Assembly: GCA_043827405.1 (NCBI GenBank)
Contig: JBDRPD010000062.1
Span: forward strand, 1-64,000
Direction: 5' to 3'
DNA: 64,000 nucleotides
Origin: Elusimicrobiota bacterium
Lineage (GTDB): Bacteria > Elusimicrobiota > Elusimicrobia > UBA1565
In this document: piece by piece, positions 60,324 to 64,000 of the stretch
How positions within the stretch are numbered: position 1 is the stretch's first letter
Layout of the letters: each line of letters starts with the position of its first letter
Translations under genes and position numbers: made by a program
Notes under the pieces: model-generated
Told to the model about the DNA's origin: nothing
Databases searched by the model: none
The model's input: the letters and a program-made list of their open reading frames with translations, nothing else

Positions 60324-60739
60324 GGCTTCTTCCCTTTGCGCGCGGACTTGCGAATTTTGTCCAGGATCCCGTTGATGAAGCCGCCCGATTCGCGGGCGGC
60401 GAAGACCTTGGCGATTTCCAGGGCCTCGTCGATCACCACGCTGGCCGGAGTGTCCGGGCAGTGCATAAGCTCGTAGGACGCCAGCCGCAGCAGGTTGCGG
60501 TCGACCGCGGCCATGCGCTCAAGCGCCCAGTTCTTGGCGGTTTTAGCGATGCGCTTGTCGAGCTCATCGCGAAGCTCGTGGGCGCCGACGGCGAGGGCTT
60601 TCGCGAACACCAGGGTTTCCTTATCGAGCGCATGCCCGGCGCTGACGATGATCATCGCCTGCTGGACGCTCATGCCTCCCGACTCGGCGAGATAAAGCGC
60701 CTGCAGGGCGAACTCTCGTGCTTGCCGTCTCCGTCCCAT
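60320..60739 (-). CDS. nusB: Transcription antitermination factor NusB
   Basis: RRQAREFALQALY, W.LERMAAVDRNLLRL, VIDEALEIAK, FINGILD. Confidence 0.96.
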   Translation of the reverse strand: MGRRRQAREFALQALYLAESGGMSVQQAMIIVSAGHALDKETLVFAKALAVGAHELRDELDKRIAKTAKNWALERMAAVDRNLLRLASYELMHCPDTPASVVIDEALEIAKVFAARESGGFINGILDKIRKSARKGKKP

Positions 60740-60742
60740 GGG

Positions 60743-61189
60743 CTACCCTTTTTTTACGGCGCCGTGAATTTTAAGCCGCGCCATCTCGAGCGCCGCCAGC
60801 GCGGCCTCCGCGCCGCGGTCGAACTTGCCGCGCGTGCGGGCCACGGCCTGGGCATAGGTTTTGGGAGTTATGACGCCGACCACGCAGGGCACACGGGTCT
60901 GCAGCGAGATGCGCTGGATGTGGATGTAGGTGGCGTTCGAGATATAGTCGTTTTGCGGGGTCTGTCCTTTGAGCACCGCGCCGAGGCAGATGACCGCGTC
61001 GAAGCGGCCGGAGCGGGCCAGTTCCTGCGCCGCCCAGGGAATCTCGAAGCCGCCGGGCACCCAGACCGTGTGGATGCGGTTGCCGGCGACGCCTTTCTTT
61101 TTCAGCGCGCGCACGCAGTTGGCGTGCAGCTTGCCGGTGATCTCCTCATTGAAGCGGGATACGACGATGCCGAATCGTGGCTGTTTCAT
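60743..61189 (-). CDS. ribH: 6,7-dimethyl-8-ribityllumazine synthase
   Basis: IVVSRFN, VPGGFEIP, DAVICLGAVLKGQT. Confidence 0.93.
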   Translation of the reverse strand: MKQPRFGIVVSRFNEEITGKLHANCVRALKKKGVAGNRIHTVWVPGGFEIPWAAQELARSGRFDAVICLGAVLKGQTPQNDYISNATYIHIQRISLQTRVPCVVGVITPKTYAQAVARTRGKFDRGAEAALAALEMARLKIHGAVKKG

Positions 61190-62469
61190 TTTTTCTTTCG
61201 CTTGGCGGAGGGGGTTTCCGTCAGGCTGAAATGGGTATGCAGAACCGGCCCCAGCTCCAGCAGATGTCCCATCTTCGCCTGTTTGGTTTTGATATAGCGT
61301 TCGTTGTGGCGGTTGGCCGGTATCTGGATCGGAACGCGTCCGACGACCTTCAGGCCGAAGCCTCCGATGCCCACGATTTTGCGCGGGTTATTGGTCATGA
61401 TGCGGATCGTCGACAGCCCGAGGTTCGCGAGAATTTGCGCGCCGATGCCGTACTCCCGCAGGTCGGGCTTGAAGCCCAAGGCCTGGTTGGCCTCTACGGT
61501 ATCAAGCCCCTTGTCCTGCAGCACATAGGCCTGGAGCTTCTTGACCAGGCCGATGCCGCGGCCTTCCTGGGACAGGTAGACCAGCACGCCTTTCTTCTCC
61601 CGGGCGATGGAGCGCAGCGCCGACGCCAGCTGGTTGCCGCAGTCGCAGCGCAGGGAGAACAGGGTGTCGCCGGTAAGGCAGGACGAGTGGACGCGCACGA
61701 GCACGTCTTTGGCCCCGTCAACCTCGCCCATGACCATGGCCAGATGCTGCTTGCCGGACAGAGTCTCCTCGAAGACATGCAGCGTGAAATCCCCGAACGG
61801 AGTGGGGAGGCGGGTCGAAACCTGCCGTTCAATGAGCTGCTCGTGGGTATGGCGGTACTCGATGAGCGCCTTGATGGTGATGATCTTCAGCCCATGCTTG
61901 TTGGCGAACTTCAGGAGCTCGGGGACCCGCGCCATCTTCCCGTCCGGGTTCATAATCTCGCAGATAACTCCGGACGGGTGCAGCCCCGCCAAGCGCGAGA
62001 GGTCCACCGCCGCCTCGGTATGCCCCGTGCGGACGAGCACGCCGCCGTTCTTCGCGCGCAGCGGGAAAATGTGGCCGGGGCGAATGAAATCGTTGGGCCC
62101 CGAGGCGGGATCTATCAGCCGCTGGATCGTCGCCGCCCGGTCGGCCGCCGAGATGCCGGTGGTGGTGTCTTTTACGGCGTCGACCGAGACCGAGAAGGCC
62201 GTGTCGCGGCCCGGAACCGGCCCGCAGTTGGCGTCGCTGACCATAGGATCAATCTTGAGCCGGTCAAGGTGGGCGGCTTTCATCGGCACGCAGATCAGGC
62301 CGCAGCCGTGGCGCGCCATGAAGTTGACCGCTTTGGCGGTAGTCTTCTCCGCGGCCATGACCAGGTCGCCTTCATTCTCGCGGTGCGGGTCGTCGATCAC
62401 GACGACCATCTTCCCCTTCTTGATATCCGCGAGAGCGTCGGGGATGCTGTCAAATTCGGCGGCGCTCAT
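61186..62469 (-). CDS. ribBA: Bifunctional DHBP synthase / GTP cyclohydrolase II
   Basis: RENEGD, TTGISA, PGHIFPL, GHTEA; RVHSSC...RCDCG, QEGRGIG, TNNPRK. Confidence 0.96.
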   Translation of the reverse strand: MSAAEFDSIPDALADIKKGKMVVVIDDPHRENEGDLVMAAEKTTAKAVNFMARHGCGLICVPMKAAHLDRLKIDPMVSDANCGPVPGRDTAFSVSVDAVKDTTTGISAADRAATIQRLIDPASGPNDFIRPGHIFPLRAKNGGVLVRTGHTEAAVDLSRLAGLHPSGVICEIMNPDGKMARVPELLKFANKHGLKIITIKALIEYRHTHEQLIERQVSTRLPTPFGDFTLHVFEETLSGKQHLAMVMGEVDGAKDVLVRVHSSCLTGDTLFSLRCDCGNQLASALRSIAREKKGVLVYLSQEGRGIGLVKKLQAYVLQDKGLDTVEANQALGFKPDLREYGIGAQILANLGLSTIRIMTNNPRKIVGIGGFGLKVVGRVPIQIPANRHNERYIKTKQAKMGHLLELGPVLHTHFSLTETPSAKRKKK

Positions 62470-63053
62470 TTGCCCTTCCGCTGGTCCAGGATGTTTACGA
62501 TGTAGCGTGCGAACAGGTCGACTTCTAGATTCACTACGCCGCCGGGCCGGTAGATGCCCAGCGTCGTCCGGTCGAGCGTCTCGGGGATGAGCACGGATTC
62601 GAAGTGATCCTTGCCGACCTTGGTCACGGTCAGGCTCGTGCCGTCAACCGCGATCGAGCCCTTAAGGGCTACGAACTTGCGCAGCGCCTTGGGCAGGCTG
62701 AAGCGCATGCGCACGAAGCCGCCGGGAACCTTCTCTTTTTCGAGCACCTTGGCGCGTGAGTCCACGTGCCCGCTGACCCAGTGGCCGCCGATGAAGTCCG
62801 CGGCCTTGAGCGAGGGCTCGAGGTTCACGCGCGCGCCCGCCTTGAGGCCGCCCAAATTCGTCAGCCGCAGCGTTTCCGGGCTGACGTCAAAGTCCACCGT
62901 GCCGTCCTGTTGCCGGATCGCGGTCAGGCAGGTGCCGTTGATGGCGACGCTGGCGCCCTTGGGCAGGCGTCCGAAGGTTACGCCGCGCACGCGCAGATAG
63001 GCGCCTTTGTTGGATACGACGGTTCCGAGTTTGCGAACGATGCCCGTGAACAT
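62466..63053 (-). CDS. ribE: Riboflavin synthase
   Basis: MFTGIV N-terminus, SVAINGTCLT, GGHWVSGHVD, KGSIAVDGTSLT. Confidence 0.95.
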   Translation of the reverse strand: MFTGIVRKLGTVVSNKGAYLRVRGVTFGRLPKGASVAINGTCLTAIRQQDGTVDFDVSPETLRLTNLGGLKAGARVNLEPSLKAADFIGGHWVSGHVDSRAKVLEKEKVPGGFVRMRFSLPKALRKFVALKGSIAVDGTSLTVTKVGKDHFESVLIPETLDRTTLGIYRPGGVVNLEVDLFARYIVNILDQRKGK

Positions 63054-63058
63054 AGCTG

Positions 63059-64000
63059 TTACCTCGCAGTAGTTATGCGGCCCGTCACGAGCAGGTCGCG
63101 GCCTGCCCGGCGGAATTCCATCGCGGTCAGTATCGGAGTGCGGCTTAAGCGGTGAAAGCCGCCGCCTTCGAAAAAGGAGCGCGCCTCCCGGCCCCCGATG
63201 AGGCGGGGGGACAGGAATAAATGTACCTCGTCGACCAGCCCGGCTTCGAGAAAAGATGTGTGTACGGCGCTGCCGCCCTCGACTAGAAGCGAGGATATCC
63301 CCCGGCGCGCGAGCGCTTTGAGCAGCGCGCGCAGATCGACGCCGCCGTTTTTGGCGCGCGGCAGGCGCAGGCAGTCGGCATGCGGCAAGCCGGCTTTGGC
63401 GGCGGTGGCGACCAGCGCCCGTCCGGGACCGCGGAACACCTTGGCCCGCTTGGGCGAACGCAGCCGCGTATCAAGTATCACCCGCAGAGGGTGCCTGCCG
63501 GTCCCGGCGGTGAGGCGGGGGTTGTCGGCCAGGACGGTGCCGACGCCGGTCAATATCGCGTCGACTTCGCCGCGCATGCGGCGGCTGATGGTCCGCGCCT
63601 CGGGGGAGGTGATCCACTTGGACTCCCGCGTCGCCGTCTCGATGCGGCCGTCCAGGCTGGCGCCGGCCTTAAGGATGACGTAGGGCCGCTTCTTCTTGAC
63701 CCAATGCACGAAGACGCGATTGAGCTCGAGCGCTTCTTTGTTGAGCGCTCCGCGAACGACGGTGATGCCGGCGCGCCGCAGCCGGGCGAAGCCCTTGCCG
63801 GAGACCAGGGGATTGGGGTCCGTCATCGCGGCGACCACGCGGCGCACTCCGGCCTTGATCAGCGCCTCCGTGCACGGCGGGGTCTTGCCGAAATAGCAGC
63901 AGGGCTCGAGCGTCACATAGGCGGTGGCGCCGCGCGCGCGTTTGCCCGCGCGCTTGAGCGCCTGGGGTTCGGCATGCGGTCCGCCGAAGCGCCGGTGCCA
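63059..64000 (-). CDS. ribD: Bifunctional riboflavin deaminase/reductase RibD (5'-partial)
   Basis: PHAE, TLEPCC...TPPC, SLDG, SKWIT, DNPRLT, VEGG; the frame runs off the window end. Confidence 0.95.
   Translation of the reverse strand, partial: WHRRFGGPHAEPQALKRAGKRARGATAYVTLEPCCYFGKTPPCTEALIKAGVRRVVAAMTDPNPLVSGKGFARLRRAGITVVRGALNKEALELNRVFVHWVKKKRPYVILKAGASLDGRIETATRESKWITSPEARTISRRMRGEVDAILTGVGTVLADNPRLTAGTGRHPLRVILDTRLRSPKRAKVFRGPGRALVATAAKAGLPHADCLRLPRAKNGGVDLRALLKALARRGISSLLVEGGSAVHTSFLEAGLVDEVHLFLSPRLIGGREARSFFEGGGFHRLSRTPILTAMEFRRAGRDLLVTGRITTAR

Noticed and set aside
1..64000. tRNA, rRNA, transposase, integrase or prophage genes; FMN riboswitch
   Set aside because: None recognised; the rib operon leader lies outside the window.

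Overview
A GC-rich bacterial chromosomal window. The gene style suggests a diderm such as Elusimicrobiota, but that is inference only. The first 33 kb is one co-directional cell-envelope locus: a giant secreted protein (at least 5597 aa, probably 5'-truncated) with a translationally coupled PorV/UPF0164-like barrel, then a FecR-domain protein, an unknown outer-membrane barrel and a stand-alone cNMP-binding protein, then a second giant (3589 aa) with its own coupled PorV-like barrel. The two giants share a collinear C-terminal stalk of about 2000 aa. It ends in an HFS motif (the Nup98/PIDD-type autoproteolysis motif) followed by a T9SS-CTD/FlgD-Ig-like sorting domain. Their N-terminal heads differ completely. 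This is the best candidate for an undescribed system. The rest is mostly housekeeping: pgm, eno, ftsB-like, lgt, an RluA-family gene, kbl-like, ligA, nusB and ribH/ribBA/ribE/ribD, plus a complete cyanophycin cluster (iaaA, cphB, cphA), a GT-C-type glycosyltransferase and an SSS symporter. Smaller oddities are a PurH homolog with a degenerate active site, a two-copy hairpin element with different but complementary stems, a 74-bp palindrome centred on two DnaA-like boxes, a probable AUC-initiated gene, a decayed BrnT-like toxin beside an intact antitoxin, and several apparently leaderless genes. All family calls come from motif recognition by eye; no searches were run.
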